Below, piece by piece: positions 13,301 through 25,647 of a stretch of DNA of 64,000 nt. The notes under the pieces were generated by a model. That model saw only the letters and a program-made list of their open reading frames with translations, ran no database searches and was not told the origin of the DNA. Origin of the DNA: Negaprion brevirostris (Eukaryota); assembly GCA_030324005.1 (NCBI GenBank), contig JARDVH010000193.1:89318018-89382017 (forward strand), given 5' to 3'. The position numbers and the translations under genes are program-made. The stretch's first letter is position 1. Each line of letters starts with the position of its first letter.

Positions 13301-13470
13301 CAGGTCTGGCAGCGTGTGTAAGGAGAGAAAAAAGCTGATGTTGAGTCCAGACCTGGACTCAAAACATCAGCTCTTTTCTCTCCTTACGGATGCTGCCAGA
13401 CCTGTTGAATTTTTCCAGCGTTTCCACTTTTCATTTCAGATTCAACATCCACAGTAAATTGCTTTTATCC
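13301..13470. repeat. Palindromic short interspersed element (fold-back 13301-13404)
   Basis: ~50-bp arms CAGGTCTGGCAGC...GTTGAGTCCAG and CTGGACTCAAAAC...GCTGCCAGACCTG; related copies at 38535-38660, 43165-43285, 50875-50975, 53730-53905. Confidence 0.8.
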
Positions 13471-13649
13471 ATTTTGGACAGCCAGTGTTATAAATAAGGA
13501 ACAGGTTTGAATGTCTAGACTTTCTTGCTAATGTACTCTATTATAAAATAATCTGTGCTTTTTAAATTCATAATTTTGCAGCCAAAATGATGCAGCATTT
13601 CCAATGGATTTATGATACAGCTATAGCAGAACAGTAGCAAATTTGCATG

Positions 13650-13841
13650 TCCTCCCACATTCCAAAAATGTGCAGGTTAGGTGGATTGTNNNNNNNNNNT
13701 TGTGCAATTTAGCATGGCCATTCATGTCAGGATGACTAGCTAGGGTAAAGTGCATGGGATTATTGGGGTAGTGCATGGGTGGGATTGTGATCCTACAATG
13801 CAGATGGGCCAAATAGTGGCTTCCTGCATTGTAGGATACTA
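13650..13841 (+). mobile_element. HE1-type SINE 3' half
   Basis: CTCCCACATTCCAAAAATGTGCAGGTTAGGTGGATTG...CTGCATTGTAGGATACTATG. Confidence 0.7.
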
Positions 13842-14077
13842 TGAGAACAGTTTTCAGCATAAAACCTTAGAATTGTACTTAACTATTTTGATAATATAGT
13901 TCAGTGTTGCATGAAGGTATAAAAGATGGTTGGAAACACTGCAGTGTAAACAGACACTCATTGGTGTATAGATAACAAAGAAACAATAGGCCCCATTTGC
14001 TCTTGTCAAAGATTCTGAAACTCTACATTTGATCTTTAACCTCATTTCAGTTATCTAACCTAATTTCTCCTTACTGA

Positions 14078-14350
<273 letters not shown>

Positions 14351-14549
14351 TGAAATCAAGGTAGAGTCAATTAAAGGAAATTCATGAGACTCAATGTTAG
14401 GCGGAATACATCAAATATTCAGAGCTCACCTTCTACTTGGAAAGGATTTGTCAAGAGTGCTTCTGCTGAGGCGCCAATTTGTGCATTTTTGAAACTCACA
14501 GTCAGGACAGATGCTGTCATAGCTATGTTAGATCGGACCCCAGGTGCGA

Positions 14550-14801
14550 CATGGTAGTAGTGGTTGGCACTGCTGTCTTACAGCGCCAGGGACCTGGTTC
14601 GATTCCCAGCCTAGGCCACTGTCGGTGCAGAGACTGCACGTTCTTCCCGTATCTGCGTGGGTTTCCTCCTACAGTCTGAAAAACATGTTGGTTAGATGCA
14701 TTGACTCAAACAGGCACTGGGGTGTGGCGACTAGGGAAATTTCACAGTAATTTCATTGCAGTGTTAATGTAAGCCTTACTTGTGACTAATAGATAAACTT
14801 T
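14550..14801 (+). mobile_element. tRNA-derived SINE (variant tail)
   Basis: Head AGTGGTTGGCACTGCTG...GGTTCGATTCCC; tail shared with 20185-20430 and 61232-61525. Confidence 0.85.
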
Positions 14802-14899
14802 ACATTAGATTCAGGGTAAGGTGACTATCAACGACAACAGCTAGCTTTGGAGAGATTTGCAGATGAGATAGGAGCAGCCAGAGACAGGAAACAATAGCA

Positions 14900-15330
14900 G
14901 AGAGGGAGGAACAAGAAGGATTGTAGGAGACATGTGCATATCAGGGTCTACAGGCAGAGTCAGTTTTGATCTCCAGGAGGTTTACCACTTCTCCCAAAGG
15001 CTCAATGTGTCAAGATAGCTGAAAGTAGACATCTGCTTCCTGATATTGGGCCTGCTACCCATGCGTTAACAGTGGCTGTTAACAGTGATGACCAGGCTCA
15101 ACTCCCTTGCTTCCAGGACACCAGGGAAATATTCAGGATCTTCCAATCAGATAAATGCATAAGGCAGGTCACTGATGGATTTTTTTTTTTAACCAGGGCC
15201 AGCAATTGTGTGAACATCGCCTATGATCATGCCACTCAGAATGAGTAGGCACTTGGATTTGCATTTCTGACTGGCTTCCTACAGGTGCAGGACATTATTG
15301 ACAATACACATTTTCCTATAAATTAACCAG
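14900..15330 (+). pseudogene. Decayed PIF/Harbinger (HARBI1-like) transposase fragment
   Basis: With stops/frameshifts reads HALTVAV..., KCIRQVTDG..., ALGFAFLTGFLQVQDIIDNTHFPI, matching the Harbinger GFPxVxGAIDCTH first catalytic-Asp motif. Confidence 0.7.
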
Positions 15331-16299
15331 GTACATATGACCACCACTGGATTGATGTAACCACCATATCCAATGGCCATTCTTCATACTCAAACCCTAT
15401 TCCCCACATATTTCCAATTGATGCAGAGCAGTGCTATAATCAACCATCCATCCATTACACATTCCCTTTATTGGTCCCATCAGTCCATGTGATCCTCATC
15501 AATTCATGACTTTCCACTCCTTATCAAGAAACCAAAAAGATGAGTTGCCATCCAGCAAACAAGAATTGGCAACATAGCGAAGTGTAGTAATTTGATAAAA
15601 TTTAAGTGATTCTGCAAATGAAAGGAAATTTCACAATATTCCATTATTTTCAAACACCCTGGTCTTCTGAAAGTACAAACATGTTCTCATCAATATCCTA
15701 TCACTTCTTTGTGGCCTCAACCAAACTAATGGCAGGCATCTTGTTCTCTTGTTCTGGCTGCTCAGATCCTTCTGAATGATATCTGGATCTTGGAAACTGT
15801 GAGAGGTCCCACCCGAGACTGCTCAGCCTGCACCTGTAGAGGGGCAGACTCAGCTATTTAGAGCAAGCAGCTGAGTTTTGGTTAATTTTTCTTCCATTCC
15901 TGAATAATCTACTCCAATTATTGCTCCATCCAACACAGTACAAATCAATAGTTGAACCTGGAACCTTCTGAGCTGTATGACTTTGTAAGATACACCAGCT
16001 AGTGGTTCTACCAAATTGTCCTTGTCCATTGCTAGATTCTACTCTCAACATATTATAATATTGCCAAATATGGGTGAGAGAAAACAAAAGCATATGCTTT
16101 TGAGCGTTAACTCATTTAAAAGTGAATTGACTAAGTATTTGAGAAGGCAACATTTAAAAGGTGGTGAAAAAAGGGCAGGGCAAAAGGATTAGAGTAAATA
16201 GCGAAAAGTTAGAACTGGCATGTGTAATTAATCTCTTGTACAGTGAATTTCAAAACACTAATTCAAACAATATATAGAAAAATACTGATTGAGGGGGGA

Positions 16300-16510
16300 A
16301 ATTTAGGTCAGGAAACCAGGAGAAGTTACTGTTCTTTGAATAGTGCCATGGAATTTTTAACATCTACCTGAAGCACAAACTAACACATTTATCACCCCAT
16401 CTGAAGGAGAGTCTTCTATAACAGTGCTCCCTCAGTGTGGCATTGAGATGTCAGTTCAAAATTATATGAAGATCTGAGTGTAGCTTGAATCCATAAACAA
16501 CAGCTTCAGG
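16300..16510 (-). mobile_element. Ancient Deu-domain SINE (SacSINE1/AmnSINE1-like) fragment
   Basis: GAATAGTGCCATGGAATTTTTAACATCTACCTGA...CAGTGCTCCCTCAGTG...GCTTGAATCC; related decayed copies near 490-560, 19320-19530, 32460-32780, 45840-45960. Family assignment from recalled consensus. Confidence 0.55.
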
Positions 16511-17324
16511 ATAAACATTTGGAATAAATCAGAGTTGTTGACTCATAAGATTGCTTCTTAGATTGCCTGTAAATGCATTCTATGACACTGAGGTTGAAAA
16601 TAGAGTGCCAGCTTTAGGACGTAGAACAGCATAGCTGCTTGTTATGATGCAAGATGCCTATCCTCGAGGCTGTGACACTAATATTGGTTTTCTTTCAACA
16701 TCAAGCTGTATTGCTTCTTGTGCCATATTTAAGAAGTTTTTTGTCAATCTAAAGGATTTGGAAAAAAAGAAGTTGCCTTAATGGCTGTTTTAAAAGATAG
16801 TGCATTTTCACAAGTTCAAAATACAAGGTCTTGTGGCAACAGTCATTAAGAAGTTAACGTTGATATTGTCTCTTTTTAAACACAAATAAGAGGCTGAGAG
16901 ATGAAGTGGCTCCTGCACAGTCTACATGGATTAAGATGTAGGGGTATTGTTTTATCTAATTAAAGTAATACAACATACTGGTATACTAATTGTAGCATGT
17001 TCATTGTTTCACAATGGCTTCCATCTTGTCAATAATTAGTCTGAAGCAATCTCTATTCATCCACGACTGGGTATTGGGCAAGCAGTGTGACTAGAGAGAA
17101 TGGATGTGTCAAGAGAGATGGAGCTGAATGTAATCAGTACACATGTAGGAATGGAAGTTTTGTTTTCGGTTGTCACCAAGGAACAGCAGATAGGTGACAA
17201 TTCAGACATAATAGAGTATGAGTGNNNNNNNNNNGGGAAGAGAAGCAGATGATTCTTTGGCAGCAACTGAATAGATAAAAATGGAACTGAATGAGAGCAC
17301 TCCCACCCAGCTGGACAAGAGAAG

Positions 17325-18810
17325 GTGGTGGTGTAGTGTTAATATCATTGGACTATTAATCCAATGGTCAATACTCTGGGGACACGGGTTCAAATCTTAA
17401 CACAACAGCTGGTGGAATTTGAATTCAATTAATTTGTTAGTTAGTCAATTGAAAAACATCAAGATTGAAAACTAGTCTTTATAGATTGTCATTAAAAACC
17501 CATCTGGTTCACTAATGCCATCATTACCTTGTCTGACTTCCATTGGACTTCAGACCCACAACAATGTAGCTGACTCTTAAATGCCCTCTGAAATAGCCTA
17601 GCAAACCATTCAGTTGCACCAAACCACTACAAAAAGTCAAGAAGGAATAAAAGCGGCAGTACGCCTGGCATTGACTTAGACAGTGGAAATGAGAATGGCA
17701 CATTCAATCCTGCCGACCTTGCAAGTCTTCCTTACTAACANNNNNNNNNNNNNNNNNNNNNNNNNNNNNNNNNNNNNNNNNNNNNNNNNNNNNNNNNNNN
17801 NNNNNNNNNNNNNNNNNNNNNNNNNNNNNNNNNNNNNNNNTAACAGTTGGAGGTTTGTGCCAAAATTGGGAGAGCGGTCTTACAGACTAGTCAAATAACA
17901 GGCTGTCATTGTCTGCAAGGTATGACTTTCTCCATCACCACCTCTGGTTATTGTCATGTCCATTGGCAGGATTGACCCAATAAAGGTGACAGTGCAATGG
18001 TATATAGTTGGAAGGGAATTATCCTGTGAGTGCTCAAGCTTGACTTCAAAGCCCACAAAGTCTCATGGCATCAGGTCAAACATGGCCAAGGAAATATCCT
18101 GCTGATTGCTCATCAGCTGAGGGAGCTTAGTGAGGATAATGTGCCTCCATATTTGAACATCACATGGAAGCAGCACTCAGACAGGCAAGGACACAAAGTA
18201 CTCTTGGTGGGGAACTTCACCAAGAGTAGTTCAATAGGACCACAACTCACTGAACTGGCCAAGTCCCAAAGGACATATCTGCCAGACCACCACACAGTCC
18301 ATATGAAGTCAAGGAAGAGTGCAAGCAGGTATGCCAGGTGCAGAACCAGGCATGTCTAAAAATGAGATGTTAACCTGGCAAAGTTCAATACTAGACTACT
18401 TGAATGTCAGCATCTGATGAGCGGAGCTAAGCAATCCCATAACCAACTGATCAGATCAAAGTTCTGCAGTCTTGCCACATCCAGTTGTGGATAATTCAAC
18501 AACTAACAGGAAAAGGAAGCTTCACAAATATGCCCATCCTCAATAATAGGAAGCCCAACACATCAGCACAAAAGAGAAAGCTTGAANNNNNNNTGCAATT
18601 AATCTTCAGCCTCAAGCACATTAGATATTTCATCTCAGATTCTTTCTGTGGTCCCCAACATTACAGATACCAATCTTCAGTCAATTAAATTCACTCTACC
18701 TGATATTAAGAAATGACTAAAGTCACAATACCGCAAAGGCTACAGGTCCCAACATCACCTCAACATTATTACGAAAGATTTGTGCTCCAGAATTAACTGT
18801 GCCCTTAGTC
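17325..18810 (+). mobile_element. Decayed CR1/L2-clade LINE 5' region with tRNA-like head
   Basis: Head TGGTGTAGTG...GGGTTCAAATC; endonuclease-like remnant (VSWHQVKHGQGNILLI...VLLVGNF) and pre-RT remnant (KICAPELTVPL). Confidence 0.6.
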
Positions 18811-18949
18811 CTGAAATGAGATAAGAGAGAAACCAGAGAAAGATGTAAATTTAGAACTAGGATAGGGGAAAATTCTAGGGCAAGCTTGATCCCAATAAGT
18901 TGGGGGTAGAGCGAAGTAGTTGAGCGGACTTTATGAAAATGAAATCCAT

Positions 18950-19078
18950 GGGTGGGAATTTCCAGCTTTGCTTGTCCAGAAACCGGAAAATCCCACCAGA
19001 GGTCAATGGAGCTTTCCATGATCTGCCCCTCACCCGTACTAATTCCCGTGATGGGTGGGACAGGAAAATTCATCCCCA
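18950..19078. mobile_element. MITE
   Basis: GGGTGGGAATTTCC ... GGAAAATTCATCCC terminal inverted repeats; same family as 5655-5776. Confidence 0.65.
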
Positions 19079-19799
19079 TGAGTTTTTGTGCTTGTTGGAA
19101 GTGAGAGTGGAGGGGACAGGGGAGAGGTGTGGTTTGCAAGTCCAATGAAAAGAAGCCAGAGTTACTTGTGTTTTCTAGGAAGCTTGAGTAACATCAACAG
19201 GGCAAAGGAGAATGCAACAGTAGATCCAACCTGATCAGACGACAATTAGTTCAATGGACAAATGGTTAACCAGTTATTGAAGGCTACATGCTTTTGACAT
19301 ATAGGAATGCCGATACTCCAGTACAACTGAGGGAATGCTATTTTGTCATACACAGTTATTCAGATAATGTATCTAAAACCTCATCTGCCAACCAAATTCC
19401 TTCCCAAACCAACACGAAAACGAGTATCATTACTGATTGAGAGATTGTGTTAGTGCAGAATTTTTTTTTGCAGAACTGTCACTACGCTGAAAAGACAATT
19501 CATTGTCTTAATGCTAAGATGTTTTGATGAGTATGACCATGTTTTACTGCAAGGAAGTGCTTCTAATAGCAAGTTGATTCTCTGCATATGTAATTACTGC
19601 AAGAAGTGTATTGATAACATCCCATTTCTACTTATATCACTATAATCATTGGATTTCATACAAAAATGGATGCTTCCTCATTTCTCCATGACATGTTATT
19701 TGAAGACAAGTTATTGTTTAAATACTTGTGTATGGTGACTTAAATTCAGCTAAATATGTTTTGGATGTTAAACCTCTCCTGTATATTTACTGATGTTAA

Positions 19800-19988
<189 letters not shown>

Positions 19989-20184
19989 TGAATTTCTCTG
20001 GCTATAGATACAATGCTAAGAGCTGGAAATGAGCTATTAAACCACAGAATAGAGGTACCAATGCCAGGTAGCATGCCAGGTGCCATGAAACCTTAATTAT
20101 TTTCACAATGGGAATTGGCACAAAATCCTGTGCCACCTATATTTATGTTCTACACTAAGATTTTAGCTTCTGCTTGGTCTGTGA

Positions 20185-20430
20185 GTGGCACAGTGGTTAG
20201 CACTACTGCTTCATAGTGCCAGGGACCCAGGATCGATCTTGGCTTGGGTCACTGAATGTGGAGTTTGTACGTTCTCCTCGTGTCTGTGCAAGTTTCCTCT
20301 GGGTACTGCGGTTTCATCTGAAAGATGTGTTGGTTAGGTGCATTGACCCGAACAGACGCCAGAGTGTGGTGATTAGGGGAATTTCATTGCAGTGTTAATG
20401 TAAGCCTTACCTGGGATCGGTAAATAAAAT
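20185..20430 (+). mobile_element. tRNA-derived SINE (variant tail)
   Basis: GTGGCACAGTGGTTAGCACTACTGCTTCATAGTGCCAGGGACCC... same family as 14550-14801. Confidence 0.85.
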
Positions 20431-20805
20431 TTAAAGTTAATTTTAAAACTTTACTTAAAAATAGTCAAATTAACAGCAGCCAATAAAGGTCCATATTTTT
20501 CATTCAGAAATGAATGAAATTCCTGAATGAATATTCCTGAAAATAACACTGGTGGATCAATTAATGTGAGGATTGTGAATCTAGAAATTTGACCGTTGCT
20601 GGTTCTTTTACCCAAGGCTAAATATCAGAAAGTCAATTTAACCATGCATTTGCTGTCCACACAACAATAACATTCTTTTCTGGGTAAAGACCACACAAGA
20701 ATGATAGACAATCAGAGCATTCCTTTGACTCTTAAAAGAATGGAGCCAATTTTGGTTAATAAGCAAGTAGATAAACCTCTGGGTAATGAAGTCAGAAGAA
20801 GGGAT

Positions 20806-21091
20806 GGAGTAGCACAATGGTTAGCACTACTGCCTCAGTGCCAGGGATGCGAGTTCAATTCCAGCTCCAGGTGACTGTCTGTATGGAGTATGCACATTCT
20901 CCCCACGTATGCGTGGATTTCCTTCAGAGGCTCCGGCTTCCTCCCACACTTCAAAGATTGGCCATGCTAAATTGCCCCTTAGTGTCTGGGGAATTAGCAG
21001 GGCAAATACATGGGGTTACAGGGATAGAGCCTGGGTGGGATGGCTGTAAGTGTAGGCTTGATTGGCCAAATGGTCTCCTTCTGCACTGTAG
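20806..21091 (+). mobile_element. HE1-type SINE
   Basis: GTAGCACAATGGTTAGCACTACTGCCTCA head through TCCTTCTGCACTGTAG tail. Confidence 0.85.
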
Positions 21092-22205
21092 CTTCAAAGC
21101 AGAAGCATACAAATGGGCAAGAAAAAGTAGCGTTAGACTTGACAATTGGGAGCAATTCAAAGGTGGACCAAGGGAGTGATTAAAAAGAGCAAAATCGGGT
21201 ATGAAAGTAAGCTAGCAGGTAACGTAAAAACTGACTGTAAAAGTTTCTATTGGTACTTACAGAGAAAAGATTGACAAACAAATGTAGGCCTCTTACAGTC
21301 AGAAAAGGGGGAATTCATAACAGGGAATAAAGAAATGGCTGAGGAACTAAATTCATACTCTGTCTTCACAAAAGGAACACATGAATAACGTATCAGAAGT
21401 TCTGAGAAACACAAGTTTTAGTGAGGAGCTAAACAAAATCAGTATCAGCAGAGAAATAGCTTTGGGAAAATTGATGGGATTGAAGGCGGACAAATCTCCT
21501 GGTCCTGATAATCTTCATCAGAGTACTTAAGGAAGTGGCCCTAGAAATAGTAGATCTAATGTGGCCATTTTCCAAAATTCTTTTGTCTCTAGAATGGTTC
21601 NNNNNNNNNNTATAGATTGGAGGGTAACCAACACAAGCCCACTATTCAAAAAGAGAGGTAAAGAGAAAACACAGAACATAGGTCAGTAAGCATAACATTG
21701 GTAGTAGGGAGGTTACTGGAATCCATTATCAAGGATTTCATAGGATAGCATTTAGGAAGCAGTGATATAATCAGAAAAAGTCAGCATGAATTTATGAAAT
21801 GGAACTTATCTTGACAAATCTACTGGAATTCTTTGAGGATGTAATTCGTGGAGTTGACCAGGAAGAACCAGAAGATGTGGTTTATTTAGACTTTCAGAGA
21901 GCTTTCAACAAGATCACACATAGCACATTACCATGCAAAGTTCAAGTGCATGGGATTGTAGGTAATGATGCGAGATGGTTTGAAAGCTGGTTAGCAGACA
22001 GGAAGCTTTTTCTGATTGGCAGGCAGTGATTAGTGGGGTACCACAGAAATCTGTGCTAGGATCCCAACTATTCACGTTGTATATTAATGATTTGGATGAG
22101 CAAACTAAATTTATCTCCAAACACAGATGATGCAGAGTCAAGTGGGAGGGTGAGTTGTGAGGAGGATGTAGAGATTTTCCATGTGATTTGGACAGTGAGT
22201 GAGTC
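21092..22205 (+). mobile_element. CR1-type LINE ORF2 (RT) fragment
   Basis: Remnants KSPGPDNLH, LTNLLEFFEDV...DVVYLDFQRAFNKI, GVPQKSVLGSQLFTLYINDLD; frameshifted. Confidence 0.9.
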
Positions 22206-22229
22206 TTCTCCCACCTCCCCCCTCCCCCC

Positions 22230-24060
22230 CATATTCTTGATCCCGTTTGCCCCAAGAACTACTTCCTTCTTGAGAATATATATTTTGGCCTCAACTGCTT
22301 TATGTGGTAGTAAATTCCACTCACTCATCACTGTCTGGGTAAAGAAATTTCTCCTAATCTCAGTCCTAAAAGGTTTACCCCATATCCTTATACAATGGCC
22401 CCTGGCTCTGGACACCCCCACCATTGGAATATCCTTCCCACGTCTATTTATTCTATCTAGTCCTGTTACAATTTTATAGGTTTCTATGAAGTTCTTGTTC
22501 ATTCTAACCTCCAATTAATTTAATCCTAACTGACTCAAGCTCTCTTCATACCTCAATTCCACCATCCAGGAATCAGTCAGGTAAGCCTTCACTGCACTCC
22601 TCTGTAGCAAGAACATCCTTCCTTGGATGGAGATAAGGAAATCAAAGCTGCACATTATACTCCAGGTGCTGCATAATTACAGCAAGATGTCTCATCTTCT
22701 GAGCTTGAATCCTCTTGCTATGGAGCTCATTTGTCAAGCATGATTTTCCTTTTGTAGATTCGTGCTGACTGTCTGTTTTGACAACTGTTTAAGGGCTCTT
22801 GTATAAAATCTTTGATAATGGACTGGAGGATTTTCTCCACTACTGACATCGGGCCAACTGGTCTACAATTACCCGTTTTCCCTCTACCCCCACTTTTGAA
22901 TAGTGGGATTACATTGGCACAGTTCCTACAAATTGGAGGATAGCTAATGTCTATATAATCTTGGAAGATGACTGCTAATGTATCCATTATTTCTCAGGCT
23001 ACTCCCTTAAGTACTCTGGGATGTAGATCAGGTCGTGGGGATTTATCAATTTCCCCCAATACCATTTCTCAACCAATACTGATCTCCCTCTCACTTAACC
23101 CCTGTGCTCCTCAAAATTTCTNNNNNNNNNNNNNNNNNNNNNNNNNNNNNNNNNNNNNNNNNNNNNNNNNNNNNNNNNNNNNNNNNNNNNNNNNNNNNNN
23201 NNNNNNNNNNNNNNNNNNNNNNNNNNNNNNNNNNNNNNNNNNNNNNNNNNNNNNNNNNNNNNNNNNNNNNNNNNNNNNNNNNNNNNNNNNNNNNNNNNNN
23301 NNNNNNNNNNNNNNNNNNNNNNNNNNNNNNNNNNNNNNNNNNNNNNNNNNNNNNNNNNNNNNNNNNNNNNNNNNNNNNNNNNNNNNNNNNNNNNNNNNNN
23401 NNNNNNNNNNNNNNNNNNNNNNNNNNNNNNNNNNNNNNNNNNNNNNNNNNNNNNNNNNNNNNNNNNNNNNNNNNNNNNNNNNNNNNNNNNNNNNNNNNNN
23501 NNNNNNNNNNNNNNNNNNNNNNNNNNNNNNNNNNNNNNNNNNNNNNNNNNNNNNNNNNNNNNNNNNNNNNNNNNNNNNNNNNNNNNNNNNNNNNNNNNNN
23601 NNNNNNNNNNNNNNNNNNNNNNNNNNNNNNNNNNNNNNNNNNNNNNNNNNNNNNNNNNNNNNNNNNNNNNNNNNNNNNNNNNNNNNNATAGACAGTTTTT
23701 ATGTTCCTTGCAAGCTTACTCTCATGCTCTATTTTCCCCATCTTAATCAATCCCTCAGCTTTCCTTTGCTGAATTCTAAACTGCTCCCAATCCTCTGGTC
23801 TGCTGTTCTTTTTTTTCTGGCCAATCCTCTTCCTTGGATCTAATATTCCTTGTCAGCCATGATTTGGCCACTTTATCCATTTTATTTTTGTGCTAGGCAG
23901 TAATAAATAACTATTGCCGTTCCCCCTTGCACTCTGAATGTTTTCCTATCCATTGCATTTCCGCCATCATCGCTTTCAGTTATACTTCCAACCCATCATA
24001 GCCAACTCACACCTCAAACCATCATAGTTTTCTATATTAGGATTCAAGACCCTAGTCTCA
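22230..24060 (-). mobile_element. CR1-type LINE ORF2 fragment, inverted relative to the neighbour
   Basis: Minus-strand remnants KIEHESKLARNIKT, ANVIPLFKSGGRGKTGNCRPV, and C-terminal FRTEIRRNFFTQTVMSEWNLLP. Confidence 0.88.
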
Positions 24061-24609
24061 GGCATTCCCAAATATCCCCACCTCGCCCTCCTAAACTCTG
24101 CCTGGACCCTGTTTCACAAACAACTATAAACCTGTTGGTCAAATCCAGCCAGTGATTATTATACCGTACAGCTTAGGTAACCAGGACTCGGAAATTCCCT
24201 CGCTGGGATTGTTCCCAGCGAGGGAAACAATCTTTTGCACAAATTTTTACCTTCCGTATTTCATCTCTAGCTGAGGATAGCTTTCCCCCTCCCCTGTGTT
24301 ACTGCTACCTTCAGCCTTTAACTTCTGGTTGAAATGGTTTCTGGGGATGACTGTCTCTTTCTTTCATGCTGCTGCTTCAACACCTCATCTGTTCTAAACT
24401 GCTTCCTGGCTCACAGAACTCTGACTACTAATTGTACCAATTGCAAAGAACTATTCCCAAAGTTTAATTTTCCTTCCTTTCTCATTTGCTGCCAGACATG
24501 ATTTACAAATTACAGTTTAATTGGTAGTTTAATTTTAATTGTGCAGAGAAAATACAACCATTTTACTAGCACCTACCATTCTGTGACAATGAGTGTGTTT
24601 GCTTTACAG

Positions 24610-24776
24610 CAGGAAGTGAAACAGAAGAGCAAGGAGATAATACAGATGCTCCTCTGTGTGATATTCCACGGGATTCAGGCTGCTATGAAAGTTCAGAGAA
24701 TTTGGAGAATGTGCAGGAACATTCTGAATTAAGCACCACTGAGGAGCAAATGCAAAGCCCTCCTACTGAAGACTGA
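24610..24776 (+). CDS. SASH3: SASH3 terminal coding exon 8
   Basis: gctttacag acceptor; phase 1; (T)GSETEEQGDNTDAPLCDIPRDSGCYESSENLENVQEHSELSTTEEQMQSPPTED*, with the conserved DIPRDSGC motif; stop TGA at 24774-24776. Confidence 0.93.
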
Positions 24777-25641
24777 GGTGGATCATTCAATGGATTCTAA
24801 TGCTGACATCTAGTGGCTTAAAGAGTACAGGACAATGTGGCTTGAAAACTGCAAAAGCTTGTTGTGCACCAAGCCACAACATGAGAATTTGTATTCGAAT
24901 AATGCTGTGAATTCAGAGCCTTATTTTTGTTTTGTAAAATGTTAATCCCCAATTCTCTTGTGCACCATTCAGATTTAGCAATTTATAAGGAACATTTTAT
25001 GGAACTTTGTGCCACAGAAATGGTGTGCAAGCTCAAAAGGTCCAAATGGGACTCTATTCCCTGAGATTACAGAACTGACAGCTAGGTGCCTTCCTCATCA
25101 GGAGATGCTGCATGTGCAAATATTTGCCCACTTATTCTAACCTTTAGTGAAGTTTCATCAATGCACGCTGTGACGATAGACTAGTAGAGGCAGAAGGGCC
25201 AATTTTACAAATGTACACATTAAATGCTTTATTTACTATCCATAGCTCTTTGGATTATGGGCAAGCTCTCCACAATATGTTCTGATGCCATGGCTAGTGG
25301 GCAATAGCTATATCCATTATACTGCCAGCTATTTCGATTTTATCTGCCATCCTTCAAAAGGCTGCAGTTGCATAAGGAACATGAGAATCTAATTATGGAA
25401 AAGGTCTGCTTGGTGATGTGTGCAATTATGCATCAAAGATGATGTACTGCAATTTTTTTTTAAATAGCTTCTGGATGTTTCAGAACTAGACATCACATCT
25501 TCTTGAAATTCAATTATATTTTGCATAAAAACTTTGTACTGTTGAAGACCCGACTTTAAAATCAATGGTTTAAGATAATTTGATATGCAATTTTTTAAAA
25601 TTGTTCTACTTGGTTTCATAACCTATGTGTATTACGGGTTA

Positions 25642-25647
25642 AATAAA
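25642..25647 (+). promoter_or_regulatory. Candidate SASH3 polyadenylation signal
   Basis: AATAAA about 870 nt after the stop codon, followed by a T-rich tract; not validated by transcript data. Confidence 0.45.

Noticed and set aside
24541-24732. 63-aa ORF overlapping the last SASH3 exon
   Set aside because: Wrong frame; the conserved DIPRDSGC reading is in another frame entered by splicing.
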